A DNA stretch of 64,000 nt from assembly GCF_036880985.1 (NCBI RefSeq), contig NZ_JBAJNO010000008.1, positions 1,859,500 to 1,923,499 on the forward strand, read 5' to 3'. Source of the stretch: Limibacter armeniacum (GTDB lineage Bacteria > Bacteroidota > Bacteroidia > Cytophagales > Flammeovirgaceae). Below, piece after piece: positions 9,950 through 19,119 of this stretch. The notes beneath the pieces were generated by a model, which was not told the DNA's origin, made no database searches, and saw only the letters and a program-made list of their open reading frames with translations. The translations under genes and the position numbers were made by a program. The stretch's first letter is position 1, and the number at the start of each line of letters is the position of its first letter.

Positions 9950-10492
9950 ATGAACAAATTAAACGAAGTATCTCAATGGAAAGAGGTCGGTGATGGGGAG
10001 GCTTTTGTCTTGAACCTGAAAAAACAGTATCAAATACTCTTGGAAGCAGGTGATATGTCAAAAGCATTTGCCAAAATCGATGACCAATACTTTACACTCA
10101 GGAAATTGCAGTACCCTAAGACTACTTTTCTACTTGAAAGCGAGACTACAAAAATGTCTATCTCTATGGGAAGTAACTTTTGGGAAGACGCAGGTTTGGT
10201 GCTGCTAAGCAGTAGTGGGAGGCAGTTTACATGGCAGTACAGGAATATCCCTGTTTCTGACTTTACTTTCTTTGATGAGCAGGGTTTGGAAGTTATGAAA
10301 TTTCAGCCTGATTCATTGAAAGAGGGATTGCCTAAAGTAACTTTTAAAGAAAGTGAAGAGGCGGACTACCTGTTGTTGCTAGGGACGTTTTTCTTACTGA
10401 CCAATGCGGATGGCTATTGGTTGAACGGCAATATAGAGAGCACGCCTTTATTGGCTGAAGAAGGATTTCAGCGTTCTATGATGCTATCATAA
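9950..10492 (+). CDS. Hypothetical protein
   Basis: Intact 180-aa ORF with coding-like composition and no recognisable motif. Confidence 0.4.
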   Translation: MNKLNEVSQWKEVGDGEAFVLNLKKQYQILLEAGDMSKAFAKIDDQYFTLRKLQYPKTTFLLESETTKMSISMGSNFWEDAGLVLLSSSGRQFTWQYRNIPVSDFTFFDEQGLEVMKFQPDSLKEGLPKVTFKESEEADYLLLLGTFFLLTNADGYWLNGNIESTPLLAEEGFQRSMMLS

Positions 10493-10520
10493 AATTATAT
10501 TTATTTGATATTAAATATAA

Positions 10521-10547
10521 AAGTCAACTATCAAGGTTGGCTTTTTT
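10521..10547 (+). terminator. Weak stem-loop terminator
   Basis: AGTCAAC-tatcaag-GTTGGCT followed by TTTTTT; one mismatch in the stem. Confidence 0.35.
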
Positions 10548-10627
10548 AATGCAATTTAGGTTTAGCAAAACAATAGTCTACATCTGACTGTTACCTACAA
10601 TAATTCAAATTTGAAAACTGAATCAAA

Positions 10628-11218
10628 ATGAGAACTATTATTACATTTTTTGTAGCCCTGATGCTTTTTTCAGCTTGTTCTAAAGTACAAAAGTCCAGAC
10701 CTGAAGCTGTTGAGACTGCTAGCTCAGAAACCAAAGAAGCTTCACCATTCTATGACTTTACACTGAAGTCTTTGGATGGTTCACAGGATATTTCTTTTGA
10801 ACAATTTAAAGGTAAAAAGGTATTGCTAGTCAATGTGGCTTCAAAGTGTGGTTACACACCACAGTATAAAGACCTTCAAAAACTCCATGAGATGTATGGC
10901 AATGAGGTAGTCGTATTGGGCTTCCCTGCAAACAACTTTATGGGACAAGAGCCTGGCTCTAACGAAGAGATTGCCACTTTCTGTGAAAAGAACTATGGGG
11001 TTACTTTCCCAATGTTTGAGAAAATCTCAGTGAAAGGTGATGACCAGCACCAACTTTACCAATGGTTGTCAAGCAAGGAAAAGAATGGTTGGAATGATGA
11101 AGCACCTTCTTGGAACTTCTGCAAGTACCTTGTAAATGAAAATGGTGAGCTGGTTCACTTCTTTAATTCCAAAGTTGAACCAATGGGGGATGAAATCATT
11201 TCGGCAATCAAGAAATAA
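10628..11218 (+). CDS. Glutathione peroxidase (lipoprotein signal; Cys-type, not Sec)
   Basis: VLLVNVASKCGYTPQY...LGFPANNFMGQEPG...WNFCKYLV are GPx family motifs. Lipobox LFSAC. The active-site codon is TGT. Confidence 0.85.
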   Translation: MRTIITFFVALMLFSACSKVQKSRPEAVETASSETKEASPFYDFTLKSLDGSQDISFEQFKGKKVLLVNVASKCGYTPQYKDLQKLHEMYGNEVVVLGFPANNFMGQEPGSNEEIATFCEKNYGVTFPMFEKISVKGDDQHQLYQWLSSKEKNGWNDEAPSWNFCKYLVNENGELVHFFNSKVEPMGDEIISAIKK

Positions 11219-11244
11219 GCTTTCAATTGCCTACAAACATAAAA

Positions 11245-11290
11245 CCCCTGAATATGCTCTTGAGTCATATTCAGGGGTTTTATCTTTTTT
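11245..11290. terminator. Bidirectional terminator between convergent genes
   Basis: CCCCTGAATATG-ctcttgagt-CATATTCAGGGG followed by TTTTATCTTTTTT. Confidence 0.7.
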
Positions 11291-11304
11291 CTATATCAAA
11301 GATA

Positions 11305-12234
11305 CTACTTGTTTTCAGGCAGGTAAATCTCAGCCATCATACAGCGAGAACCACCACCTCCAATTTCCTCAATTACAGGAATAGGAGACATGACAATCCT
11401 ACAGCTTTTCTCAATGACCGCTTTTTGATCATCAGAGAATGCATCAAAGGCTCGCTTAGACATTGTCAAGAGCTTTTCTCCTTGCTTATTGGTTACTTCA
11501 AGCACGTTGCAACAAAGTGCTCTCATTTGCTCAAAAGTCACATCAATGATTTCTTTGCCTGTAGAGGATAGCTTATCCAATACCACTTTTTTCTCATTAG
11601 CATCAGGAATGGAAGCTCCACAAATGATCGCAAAGTCTGTCGCTACAGATAGCATAACATTGGTGTGGTAAATATCCTGTCCATTTTCATCTTTTGAGGT
11701 GAAGCTAACGATTTCATAACCGAGCTTACTGTTGATCTCACTGAGAAGTTGTGGCTCAGTACGTTGCGAAATACAAGCATAACAAATCTTGTTAACACGA
11801 TCGAAGATCATGCTGCCTGTACCTTCCAGGAATTTACCTTGTTGCTCAAATGCACTTACATTAATTGTATCCGCAATCTTGAATTCTTTAGAAAGGGCTG
11901 TCACAATATCCTCTCTTCTTTCAAGGCGACGGTTTTCTGCTTTCATAGGGTAAAGCACAACTTTACCGTCTTCATGAGTGGTAATCCAATTGTTAGGGAA
12001 GATGGCATCCGGCTTTACAGGTGTTGCTGTATCCTCAATAACGTGTACATAAACACCTGCTTCTCTAAGGCGAGAAACAAAGAAGTCGAATTCGGCTTGG
12101 GCACGTTGCTTGATACCTTCAGCGTCTTTTTGTGCCGCTTCCTTGTTCTGAAATGCATTGTCAATGGCAGTGGCTGTGTTGAATCCGAATGCAGCCGGGC
12201 GTACCATCATGATGTGTGATGTTGAATTGTTCAT
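11305..12234 (-). CDS. Amidinotransferase-superfamily hydrolase (arginine deiminase-related / CtlX-like citrulline-utilisation or DDAH-like)
   Basis: N-terminal MVRPAAFGFN motif and a C-terminal catalytic Cys in GGGGSRCMMAEI, typical of the arginine-deiminase/amidinotransferase fold. Confidence 0.6.
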   Translation of the reverse strand: MNNSTSHIMMVRPAAFGFNTATAIDNAFQNKEAAQKDAEGIKQRAQAEFDFFVSRLREAGVYVHVIEDTATPVKPDAIFPNNWITTHEDGKVVLYPMKAENRRLERREDIVTALSKEFKIADTINVSAFEQQGKFLEGTGSMIFDRVNKICYACISQRTEPQLLSEINSKLGYEIVSFTSKDENGQDIYHTNVMLSVATDFAIICGASIPDANEKKVVLDKLSSTGKEIIDVTFEQMRALCCNVLEVTNKQGEKLLTMSKRAFDAFSDDQKAVIEKSCRIVMSPIPVIEEIGGGGSRCMMAEIYLPENK

Positions 12235-12445
12235 AAATGCTCTTGGGACTTTTTTGTGTCCAGCAAATTATCCGGACGGTTTCTTTCTAAGCCTGAAAAG
12301 CGCAAAGGCTTTTTGATGTGTGCACAGGCTGATATAAAATTTTACCAATATAATCTCTTAGCAAAGATAATTAAACTGATGAATAATGTTGGTAAAACAC
12401 AAATTGTAAATAAGTAAATCTATCTTATGCTTAATACAAGAAAAA

Positions 12446-12474
12446 AGCCTGATGCTTTTTGAGCATCAGGCTTT
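12446..12474 (-). terminator. Terminator of mgsA (minus strand)
   Basis: AAGCCTGATGC-tttttga-GCATCAGGCTT; on the minus strand it is followed by TTTTTTCTTG. Confidence 0.6.
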
Positions 12475-12497
12475 ATCTGTATTGGGAAATATTCCGT

Positions 12498-12890
12498 TTA
12501 TGCAGGTCTTTCAAGTTCGTGCTGAATCCCAGCAATCAGCAAGTGCCCTCCTGAAAGGTTTGTTGCCAAAGGCACATCATACAGGTCACAAAGACGCATC
12601 AGCATTTGTACATCTGGTTCGTGTGGGTGCTTGCCCATTGGGTCACGGAAAAAGAATACTGCATCGATTTCTCCGTCTACGATCATGGCTGCAATCTGAG
12701 CATCACCACCTTTAGGACCTGAAGCTTTGCATTCTACATCAAGTCCTGCTTTCATTAGGTGGCTACCTGTTGTACCAGTTGCAACAATTTCCATTTGCTT
12801 AAGTACATCAATATGGTCTTTGAAAAAACCTACCATTTCTGCTTTTCTGCCGTCATGGGCAATCATGGCGATCTTTCTGAATTTTTTCAT
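12498..12890 (-). CDS. mgsA: Methylglyoxal synthase
   Basis: IAMIAHDGRKAEMV...VATGTTG...GGDAQIAAMIVDGEIDAVFFFRDP matches the MGS family throughout. Confidence 0.9.
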   Translation of the reverse strand: MKKFRKIAMIAHDGRKAEMVGFFKDHIDVLKQMEIVATGTTGSHLMKAGLDVECKASGPKGGDAQIAAMIVDGEIDAVFFFRDPMGKHPHEPDVQMLMRLCDLYDVPLATNLSGGHLLIAGIQHELERPA

Positions 12891-13193
12891 ATGTATTATT
12901 TTATTTAAAAAGTATTGATCAGTTTATAACATTGATGATTCCTTCTGAATCAAAGTCTGCTTGGGTAAATGTTTGTTTCCAAATCGAAGATTGGATTTTA
13001 CGAAGGTAAAAATAAGACTTATTGTAAAAATTAAAAGTGATTTTCGATTGCTGAAGGTTATTATCACAGGATTTATAAACCGAAATCCAATTGCCATATT
13101 TAGAAAAAGAAGTTATGTCATCAGCCTATGTGATATAATTCCTTAACTTTTAGGAGGCTTACCAATTTAAACCAAACCCAAATCTATTTTACT

Positions 13194-13739
13194 ATGGCAC
13201 AGTTTAATCCTTGGCATTCTGTATCTAAAGGTGAAAATGCCCCCAACGAAGTAAATGCAATCATTGAAATCCCTACCGGCTCACGTGCCAAGTATGAACT
13301 TGACAAGGCAAGTGGTATGCTGAAACTGGACAGGGTGCTGTATTCCTCAGTGTATTATCCGGCAAATTATGGTTTTATTCCCCAAACCTTGGGCGAAGAC
13401 CATGACCCACTGGATATAGTCGTGATATGCTCCATGGCAATTGAGCCACTTTGCCTGATTGAAGCAAAAGTGATTGGTGTAATGGAGATGATAGACGGAG
13501 GAGAGGCTGATGATAAAATTATAGCTGTGGCGAATAATGATATGAGTGTTAGTCATATCAATGACGTCAATGAGTTGCCACCTCACTTTTTGGTAGAATT
13601 GAAGAGTTTCTTTGAAGACTACAAGAAGCTTGAAAAAAAGGAAGTGAGGGTTGAAGACTTTTTGGGAAAGCCGGAAGCCATCAGGATTTTGAATAAGGCA
13701 ATCGCGGATTATCAGGAAGCGTTTAAGGATTTGAAATAA
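13194..13739 (+). CDS. ppa: Inorganic pyrophosphatase
   Basis: Family I PPase motifs ([34 protein letters not shown]). Confidence 0.9.
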   Translation: MAQFNPWHSVSKGENAPNEVNAIIEIPTGSRAKYELDKASGMLKLDRVLYSSVYYPANYGFIPQTLGEDHDPLDIVVICSMAIEPLCLIEAKVIGVMEMIDGGEADDKIIAVANNDMSVSHINDVNELPPHFLVELKSFFEDYKKLEKKEVRVEDFLGKPEAIRILNKAIADYQEAFKDLK

Positions 13740-13754
13740 ATGCTGATATAAAAA

Positions 13755-13790
13755 ATGTCCTCTCAACTGTTTGAGAGGACATTTTTTATT
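13755..13790. terminator. Bidirectional terminator between ppa and the convergent downstream gene
   Basis: ATGTCCTCTCA-actgtt-TGAGAGGACAT followed by TTTTTTATT. Confidence 0.7.
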
Positions 13791-13792
13791 GC

Positions 13793-15052
13793 TTAGGTTT
13801 TCTGCTTTTTCTTCTTGGCGGCAGGGAAAAGGATGTTGTTCAGTATCAATCTGTAACCTGGTGAATTTGGATGGAGGTTCAAATCTGTTGGTTCTTCTCC
13901 AACAAAATGTCTGTAATCTTCAGGATCGTGTCCTCCATAGAATGTCCATGTCCCATTGCCGAAAGTTCCGTGAATGTAACGGGCTTCATTTGCCTCTTTT
14001 GTTTCACCCATGATAATGACATCACTCTTGATTAGCGGTTTCTTGAATGCTGTGGTCTGTCCCATAAACCCTTTAATTATTCTAGTATGGTTTTGTGACA
14101 GCATGGTTGGAACGGGATCCCATTTTGCTGAGAAGGTGAATAGCTTGAAGAAGTCATTGCCTTCTCTCAATCCCCTTTCATAAGACTGGTTGTCAATATC
14201 TGAATACTCATACTGGTATGGATCCAGTTTGAGCTTAAAGTCCTTGAAAGCAAAAGTCTGTGTGAAGTCTACTTTCTGTTGTGCATTTGGGTCTGGTGGA
14301 TCTCCATCATACATATAGTCACAAATGTCTACGCCATCAGATGCCAGTGCAATGTCATAGGTATCTGTTGCGGAACACATGGCAAAGAGAAATCCGCCAC
14401 CTGCACAGAAATCACGGATTTTTTTAACGACTGCAGCTTTCAGTTCGGATACTTTCTGGAAGCCATGCCTTCTGGCAGAAGCTTCAAACTGTCGTTGTGC
14501 TTCCTTGTACCATTCTTCACGGCCGTATGTTGCATAGAATTTTCCATACTGACCTGTGAAGTCTTCATGGTGAAGGTGAAGCCAGTCATATTTAGGGAGC
14601 TTTTCGGTCATCACCTCATCATCGAAAATGACGTCATAAGGAATTTCAGCATAAGTAAGTACCAATGTTACGGCATCATCCCAAGGTTGTTTGGAAGGAG
14701 GGGAGTAGACGGCAATTTTTGGTGCAACTTCCAATTTCATGACATCCATATTTGCCTCAGGACTTGTGATTTCTTCCTTGATGCTGACTGCTTGTGCATC
14801 GGAAATGACCTCATAGCCGACGCCTCTAACGACAAGCTCATTTTCAAAATCCTGTGTATGTTTGAATAAAAAGCTGCCTCCTCTGTAATTAAGTAGCCAT
14901 TCTGCCTCAACTCCTTTCTCCAAGACCCAATAAGCAACACCATATGCTTTCAGGTGGTTGGTTTGCGTATTGTCCATGGGGACAAGGATATAAGTAGCTT
15001 GAAGCTGAAGCCAGCAGAGTAGCATGAAAAGTAGTAAGGATAATTGTTTCAT
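13793..15052 (-). CDS. Secreted hypothetical protein with a possible class-I glutamine-amidotransferase-like (DJ-1/PfpI-like) fold
   Basis: Signal peptide present. KIAVYSPP...DWLHLHHEDF...CAGGGFLFAMCSAT resembles a GATase1 nucleophile-elbow arrangement. The fold assignment is tentative. Confidence 0.4.
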   Translation of the reverse strand: MKQLSLLLFMLLCWLQLQATYILVPMDNTQTNHLKAYGVAYWVLEKGVEAEWLLNYRGGSFLFKHTQDFENELVVRGVGYEVISDAQAVSIKEEITSPEANMDVMKLEVAPKIAVYSPPSKQPWDDAVTLVLTYAEIPYDVIFDDEVMTEKLPKYDWLHLHHEDFTGQYGKFYATYGREEWYKEAQRQFEASARRHGFQKVSELKAAVVKKIRDFCAGGGFLFAMCSATDTYDIALASDGVDICDYMYDGDPPDPNAQQKVDFTQTFAFKDFKLKLDPYQYEYSDIDNQSYERGLREGNDFFKLFTFSAKWDPVPTMLSQNHTRIIKGFMGQTTAFKKPLIKSDVIIMGETKEANEARYIHGTFGNGTWTFYGGHDPEDYRHFVGEEPTDLNLHPNSPGYRLILNNILFPAAKKKKQKT

Positions 15053-15685
15053 AGTTGGCTATTTGATTTAAAGCACTTCAGTGGTTATAGGGTTCAGTAT
15101 TGGACAGGGATTTTGAATGTTACTTTGTCTGAATAGGATTTGTCTAAAAAATAGTATTTGGCATGTCTAGCAAATCTCCTGTAATACTTGATCCGCGAAA
15201 TCTGATTAATCTAGGTGTATATAATTCAACACAAACTGGATGGAAAGTGTGCGGTTAATTAATGTATTATAATGCAATTCGCATGATTAGGTACATTTTA
15301 CCTGCTTTGTGTCCAATGTGAGTATTGCTTGATGATATAGGTTTAATTGAGAGGTTTAGAACAGGTGACCTTGTATTCAATTTAGTTGATTTTGTGTAGG
15401 ATATGTATTTGCATCACAATATAGTTTTGCATTTTTTTTAGATTATCTCGTTAGCTGAAAGTTGAATTTGTATCATTTTAATATCAATCCATGACAGTTG
15501 GAGGTTTTGGCATTTTGAAACAAAATCAGGCTCGAGATAAGAATTTGATTAGAACTTGCGACATGTTTGCAATTACACTACATTTGTACTTATTGAAGCT
15601 CGCATTTCATTTAAATATTATTTTTAAAGGCTCTGCCTAAATTATTTATTCAGCTAAAATTGATTTGCTGATTGACTAGACGACA

Positions 15686-18040
15686 ATGCAGAAAGGTTTT
15701 ATACTCACTATTACACTAGCAGTTTTCACCTTATTTGCCATTCAGGCAAAAGCGCAGCAGAAGTACTTTACTGTATCAGGTAGGGTGTTGGATAAAACAA
15801 CACTTGAATCCTTGCCAGGAGCAGTCATAGTAATCAAGGGGAGTGAGTCGGTCAGTAGTACTGATCAGAACGGCTATTACTCTGTACGAGTGCCGGCAGG
15901 AGAAATAGTGCTTCATGTTCATTTGCTCGGGTATGAAGACAAGATTGATGGTTTTACGATCAATAAGAATTTGGTTAGAAATTACCAGATCGAACCAGTT
16001 AGTTTTCAGTTACAACAGGTAATTGTTGAGGATGAACACGAACATTCATTGGCAGAAGATGCCCTTATGGCAGAGCAGGTAAATGAACGTTTTATTGCCA
16101 GAAATATGGCTAACACCTTGGCTGGAACTTTGGAGAAAAAGGCAGGCATCAGTTCCATCAGTACAGGGGTAGGTATCAGTAAACCTGTAATCAGGGGGAT
16201 GAGTTTATCCCGAATCTTGGTGATTGACGGTGGCATTGTTCAGCAGGATCAACAATGGGGAACAGATCACGGTTTGGCTATTGACCAATTGGGTGTTGAA
16301 AGCATGGAAGTGGTGAAAGGTGCTGCGTCACTGATGTACGGCTCTGGAGGTATGGGTGGTGTAATTAGGGTAAAGGACCCTTCGCTACCTGAAAAAGAAG
16401 GTTTTGGAGCAAGTCTTACCTCATTTTATAGAAGTAACAATCAAGCAATTGGTACTTCATTGATGGGGGAGTATCGCACAGGTGATTGGTTTGCTAGAGT
16501 AAGAGGTACTTGGCAGCAATATGGAAATTATAAGGTGCCTTCCGCTGATTTTACTTATCTCGAAACGGTTCGGAAGTTGGATGATGGTGTATTAGTCAAT
16601 ACAGGAGGTGAAGAAAAGAACTTTAGTGGTACTGTTGGGGTAGAGAAAAAATGGGGTAAAGTAGCCGCTGAGATTAGTAATTTCAACCAGCTTGTAGGAT
16701 TGTTTCCAGGAGCTGTGGGAATCCCTTCCCAAAACTGGCTGGATAGTTTTGAGAATGACAGAAAGCCATCGGTGCCAAGCCAACATGTTAACCATTTTAA
16801 AGCAAGATTGCACGCCACTTTACCTTTTAGTCAAAATTCAGACCTTAATATAAATCTGGCATTTCAGGAAAATGACCGAAAAGAAGAGTCTGATCCTAGA
16901 ATGCATGGTAGGAAGCTGGATGAAAACGGCTTTACAGAGCATGGACTTATCTTGCAGACGATTACATCAGATGTTAGATATGCTTTCAATAAGGAAAAGA
17001 AGTGGCACCATACAGTTGGGGTGACGTTTGAGCACCAACAGCAGGATAGAAATGGGTTTGGTTTTTTACTTCCAAAATATGAACAGCTTACTGGAGGTAT
17101 ATTTTACTTTACGGGATATGATATTGCAGAAGACCTGAAACTGACAGGTGGTGTAAGGTATGACTTTGCCAATATTGAGGTAAAGGAGGATTATCTTGAA
17201 ACAGTGATTTTGGACAATGGTGAGCCTTGGTGGAGAGTACGTAAGTTTGATAGGGACTTTGGAGCATTTTCAGGTGCCTTGGGAGTCAACTGGAGTGTGT
17301 CGGACCATTGGGATGTGAAACTGAATGGGGCAAGAACCTTTAGAATACCAACTGTACCTGAGTTGAGTATTAATGGTGTGCATCATGGTACTTTCCGGCA
17401 TGAGAGAGGGGACATGAACCTGAGCCCTGAGAAAGGATACCAATTTGACCTGTCAGTCAATTATCAGGCACCTAAGTTGAATGTAATGGTAACACCATTT
17501 TTCAATTACTACGAGAACTATATTTACCTGAAACCGGGTCTTGAATTTTCCAACTTGCCAGATGCAGGTCAGGTTTACCAACATTCAGAGGCAGAAGGCA
17601 TGCATGCAGGGTTCGAAGCAGTTGTGACCTATAACATATTGCCTCAACTAAAATTCCATAACGCATCCGAGTATGTTTACAATTATAATATGGATACCAA
17701 ACTGCCGTTTCCATTTACCCCTCCATTCTCTAACTTGACAGAATTGGAGTACACATTTAGGGATGTTGCTTGGCTAAAGGCCCCATTCCTAAGTACTGAA
17801 TATAGGATTACAGCAGAGCAGAGCAGGGTAGATCTGAATGAAGCAAAGACTCCGGGCTACCAGTTGTTAAACCTGAGTGCAGGATTCAACTTTGAAGCAG
17901 GAAAATCAATGGGGTCACTTTTGTTTAGAGTGGATAACCTTGCAGACACTCAGTATATGAAGCACCTTAGTCGATACAGGATTTTGAATTTGCCTGAACA
18001 AGGAAGGAACTTTATTATCACATTCAAATATTGGTTGTGA
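15686..18040 (+). CDS. TonB-dependent outer-membrane receptor with an N-terminal carboxypeptidase-regulatory-like domain
   Basis: Signal peptide, CarbopepD_reg-like segment (FTVSGRVLDKTTLESLPGAVIVIKG...TDQNGYYSV), plug region (VIRGMS...VIDGG) and a C-terminal beta-barrel ending in an aromatic-rich strand. Confidence 0.8.
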   Translation: MQKGFILTITLAVFTLFAIQAKAQQKYFTVSGRVLDKTTLESLPGAVIVIKGSESVSSTDQNGYYSVRVPAGEIVLHVHLLGYEDKIDGFTINKNLVRNYQIEPVSFQLQQVIVEDEHEHSLAEDALMAEQVNERFIARNMANTLAGTLEKKAGISSISTGVGISKPVIRGMSLSRILVIDGGIVQQDQQWGTDHGLAIDQLGVESMEVVKGAASLMYGSGGMGGVIRVKDPSLPEKEGFGASLTSFYRSNNQAIGTSLMGEYRTGDWFARVRGTWQQYGNYKVPSADFTYLETVRKLDDGVLVNTGGEEKNFSGTVGVEKKWGKVAAEISNFNQLVGLFPGAVGIPSQNWLDSFENDRKPSVPSQHVNHFKARLHATLPFSQNSDLNINLAFQENDRKEESDPRMHGRKLDENGFTEHGLILQTITSDVRYAFNKEKKWHHTVGVTFEHQQQDRNGFGFLLPKYEQLTGGIFYFTGYDIAEDLKLTGGVRYDFANIEVKEDYLETVILDNGEPWWRVRKFDRDFGAFSGALGVNWSVSDHWDVKLNGARTFRIPTVPELSINGVHHGTFRHERGDMNLSPEKGYQFDLSVNYQAPKLNVMVTPFFNYYENYIYLKPGLEFSNLPDAGQVYQHSEAEGMHAGFEAVVTYNILPQLKFHNASEYVYNYNMDTKLPFPFTPPFSNLTELEYTFRDVAWLKAPFLSTEYRITAEQSRVDLNEAKTPGYQLLNLSAGFNFEAGKSMGSLLFRVDNLADTQYMKHLSRYRILNLPEQGRNFIITFKYWL

Positions 18041-18045
18041 TACGA

Positions 18046-18081
18046 AAAGAGGCTTACCAATTTGGTAAGCCTCTTTTTTTG
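18046..18081. terminator. Bidirectional terminator
   Basis: AAGAGGCTTACCAA-TTTGGTAAGCCTCTT followed by TTTTTTTG. Confidence 0.75.
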
Positions 18082-18112
18082 TATGGTAGGTTATCATGAT
18101 ATTCCAAAAGGG

Positions 18113-18427
18113 TCAATCCTGATCTTCATCCTCGTCTTCCTCTTCCATAAACTCATCTTCATCCTCCATTGAGAAATCATCGCGAAGGTTTCCATCCTCA
18201 TCATAATCATCGTCATCGTCGATGATCTGTTGAGCTTTTTCTTGCGTCATGCGAATCAAGTAGTATACTTCATCCGTCTCAAAGGGAAGCGCAGACACTT
18301 TTGTCCCCTCCTTAGAAGTATAGCTTATCAGATTCGTTGCAAATCCACTAGGATACTCTAGTTTCAGCCTCCCAATAATCTCGTCAGGAAGCATGTGATA
18401 ATCTTTAACGATTCTTTTCTTCTCCAT
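18113..18427 (-). CDS. Small hypothetical protein with a strongly acidic C-terminal tail
   Basis: 104-aa ORF. The last ~45 residues are mostly D/E (DDDDDYDEDG...EEEDEDEDQD). Confidence 0.45.
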   Translation of the reverse strand: MEKKRIVKDYHMLPDEIIGRLKLEYPSGFATNLISYTSKEGTKVSALPFETDEVYYLIRMTQEKAQQIIDDDDDYDEDGNLRDDFSMEDEDEFMEEEDEDEDQD

Positions 18428-18859
18428 TTTTAAAGTGTCAATTAGACTGATTGAAGGTGAAAAACTGAATATTGTCAGATAAATAAATAAGTAAATAAAG
18501 AATACTGAAATAACGGTTTAATGCAAAACTGTGTATAAGTTGTTCACTTTATTTAAATGCCAACACTGTCTTGCAAGTTCCCTTCGGAGATTAAATATAT
18601 ATAATTAGAATAATTATGAAACACATGATTGAAAATGTCCATAAATTTTTACGAAAAAAATTGTTTCAAGTGATTGATTCAGTCAATTGATATTTTTGAA
18701 TAACGGAGAAATGGTGACGTTAAAAAGAAAGTTTTTCTTAGGGAATGCTCTTTTTTTCTTTAATTTCTCGACTAAATAGTCCGTGTAATACGTAGACAAA
18801 CCTGAAGAGACTATATACAATTAATACAATTTCATGATTGATAGCTAAATTGGTTAGCC

Positions 18860-19114
18860 ATGAATAAAGAAGCCCATTACTTTGAAAAGTTGTCCCTGTC
18901 GAACAAGATCGAAGTGCTGAGGCATTTTGCAGACTATATTGCCCAGTTGGACATCAGCGGTATAAGACATTTTCTGTATTTCTACGACGATGCTTTTATA
19001 GAACTTAGACAACGTCTGGAAGAATCCCCTTTTTCATTAGGGTGTAACGTTTTGGAATCTGATGAACTGCTTAAATATTGTGATTTGGTTGACCTGGATC
19101 AATTGATGGGTTAA
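18860..19114 (+). CDS. Hypothetical small protein
   Basis: 84-aa ORF, convergent with and 6 bp from the next gene. Confidence 0.3.
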   Translation: MNKEAHYFEKLSLSNKIEVLRHFADYIAQLDISGIRHFLYFYDDAFIELRQRLEESPFSLGCNVLESDELLKYCDLVDLDQLMG

Positions 19115-19119
19115 AGGTA

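Noticed and set aside
10628-11218. Possible selenocysteine-containing glutathione peroxidase
   Set aside because: The active-site residue is encoded by TGT (Cys) in the VASKCGYT motif. There is no in-frame TGA and no SECIS-like hairpin.
12290-12325. Plus-oriented hairpin plus T-run (AAGCCT-gaaaagcgcaa-AGGCTTTTTG) in the promoter region of the amidinotransferase gene
   Set aside because: There is no plus-strand gene upstream for it to terminate. It may be incidental or an insulator, with too little support to call.
15053-15685. Possible cobalamin or other riboswitch upstream of the TonB-dependent receptor
   Set aside because: No B12-box-like or other recognisable riboswitch consensus is visible by eye in either orientation.
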